Virus record (IMG/VR): IMGVR_UViG_3300033433_000009
Span: 1 to 24,021 of that record
Direction: 5' to 3' (one strand)
Length of the DNA: 24,021 bases
Source: a virus
Taxonomy: Duplodnaviria > Caudoviricetes
Part shown: piece after piece, positions 22,821-24,021 of the stretch
Layout: each line of letters begins with the position of its first letter
Numbering within the stretch: position 1 is the first letter of the stretch
Notes under the pieces: generated by a model
Told to the model about the DNA's origin: nothing
Database searches by the model: none
What the model saw: only the letters and a program-made list of their open reading frames with translations
Translations under genes and position numbers: made by a program

Positions 22821-24021
22821 ACCATAAATCGTACTTACTCATCCCATATTTCTTCCCGAAATCCTCTTCCTCCGAAACCGCGTCAGGCAGAAGGATGTAC
22901 TCCGCAGGGATCTCCAGATTGTCATCCGTTCCTGTTCGTTTCCGCGCAGCCTGTTCACGGCGGAGCTGTTCAGCATCAGCGGTTGCTCTGAGTCGAGCAA
23001 CATCAGGCGCAACCTCGCGACCAACAAAATCACCAAACCCTTTTTTCGCAGCAGCAAGCACACTCTGACGCACCCTCTTTTTCGTCCCATTACGCAGCTC
23101 TGCCTGCTGTTTTGCAACCGCAGCAAAAGCCTCTTGATCCTCTTTCGATCCCAACAGCCTTGCCTGAGGATGCACACCACCTTCCGGGCACCATTCTGTA
23201 GCAACACATAAATATTCACCGTTGGGATGATAGACTGCGATCCTGTCCATCCTGTCGAGATCGTACCGCACAACAAGTTCTCTTTCACCTTTAGCCAGGT
23301 CGTGCAGTTCCGGAGACAAAAACCAGCGGTCAAACAACCGTATACCGTTCCTTTTGACGCTCCTTGTTACCTCTTGCATCATCAAAAACCGCAGCTCATC
23401 ACCCGATATAATCCTCCCAGCCAAATCATCACTCTCCCTGAGCTTCTCAAATCCCTCATCAAGCGCATCATAATGGCTTTTTCCGTTCAGGTACCGGCTC
23501 TGCTTTCCTTCTCGTTGATGATGCTCATGCACCCAAAGCGCAACGAGATAATGAGCCTCTTCAAGAGTTGGGACAACGTTGGTCTGTAGGATTTCGGCAA
23601 GGTCGCGGTGGAGAAATTCACCTCGCATCAAACGGGCTGGTTTGTAAGCAATAGAGGTACCGGTGTAAGACGACACACTGCGTTCCAGCTCAGCAAACAT
23701 GCCAAATGACCGCTCAACCGGTTTAGTTTGACCGTGATATGCACGAGCAAACTGCACACCCTTAAATCCATACGGCCGCAGCTCATCAAACAGCCCGGCA
23801 ACGCCTGATGATTCAAGCGTTTTATCTCCGAGCCCACAGAAATACTTGCTTTTAAATGCCTTTCCGTTGTCAAGCATCATTGTTCGAGGCACCAATGCGG
23901 CATCTTCATCGCCGGTCAAGAGGTATCCAAGCCATAACATTGACCGCCGCAGACTTGCTGCGATTGCCTGAGTTGACTCGGTAGGCATAATTTCCCAACC
24001 TGCGATAGTCTTTGTTCGCAT
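22819..24021 (-). CDS. MuA-like DDE transposase, C-terminal part (start outside the window)
   Basis: MMLDNGKAF (second Asp), GQTKPVERSF (Glu), Mu-transposase C-terminal NGIRL...VVRYDL.....IAVY; upstream of MuB. Confidence 0.93.
   Translation of the reverse strand: MRTKTIAGWEIMPTESTQAIAASLRRSMLWLGYLLTGDEDAALVPRTMMLDNGKAFKSKYFCGLGDKTLESSGVAGLFDELRPYGFKGVQFARAYHGQTKPVERSFGMFAELERSVSSYTGTSIAYKPARLMRGEFLHRDLAEILQTNVVPTLEEAHYLVALWVHEHHQREGKQSRYLNGKSHYDALDEGFEKLRESDDLAGRIISGDELRFLMMQEVTRSVKRNGIRLFDRWFLSPELHDLAKGERELVVRYDLDRMDRIAVYHPNGEYLCVATEWCPEGGVHPQARLLGSKEDQEAFAAVAKQQAELRNGTKKRVRQSVLAAAKKGFGDFVGREVAPDVARLRATADAEQLRREQAARKRTGTDDNLEIPAEYILLPDAVSEEEDFGKKYGMSKYDLW

Larger units (their letters stand above)
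1..24021. mobile_element. Mu-like transposable prophage with siphovirus-type (lambda-like) tail; internal segment, ends outside the window
   Basis: MuA/MuB-like genes, GemA, Mor-like activator, Mu-type terminase/portal/F/G/I/gp36/gp37, and lambda M/L/K/I/J-like tail tip genes; no sheath or baseplate wedge genes seen; dense ATGA-type gene overlaps. Confidence 0.96.

Noticed and set aside
24019-24021. ATG at the window edge as transposase start
   Set aside because: The N-terminal DNA-binding domains and first catalytic Asp are missing, so this is an internal Met
1-24021. CRISPR array, tRNA/rRNA, diversity-generating retroelement, intron or intein, phage att ends
   Set aside because: No repeat-spacer array, convincing tRNA, reverse transcriptase, TR/VR pair or oversized interrupted gene was seen; both edges fall inside genes
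1-24021. Host assignment (codon style suggested a moderately GC-rich diderm such as Chlorobiaceae)
   Set aside because: No host genes in the window; only a diderm host is loosely supported, by the lipoprotein next to the endolysin

Overview
The whole window is the interior of a Mu-like transposable prophage with a lambda-type non-contractile tail; neither phage end is included. Reading right to left on the minus strand, the early operon holds a partial MuA-like DDE transposase, a MuB-like ATPase, small accessory genes (Zn-finger, AP2-domain, membrane proteins) and GemA. Next comes a plus-strand block of about 6.2 kb (12470-18690): gp25-like, small and large terminase, portal, gpF, a 215-aa unknown, gpG and a Mor/C-type activator. 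It converges on the early operon at an intrinsic terminator and diverges, from a symmetric AT-rich spacer, from the minus-strand late operon. That operon runs protease/scaffold, capsid, gp36, endolysin plus lipoprotein pair, a 300-aa beta-rich protein, gp37, a second terminator-like protein, tail tube, G/GT chaperones, tape measure, M, L, NlpC/P60 and an I-J fusion. The best novel signals are (1) an A9 slippery run, 6-nt spacer and GC-rich hairpin at the portal/gpF junction that would give a portal-gpF fusion by -1 frameshift, and (2) an identical TTFAS pentapeptide in three consecutive head-module proteins, with RTFAA in the protease/scaffold, suggesting a shared maturation signal. Also notable are a beta-clamp-type QISLF tail on the late activator, a relocated atypical lysis cassette and a 13-proline tract in the tape measure. 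All family calls come from recognising motifs and synteny by eye, not from database searches.
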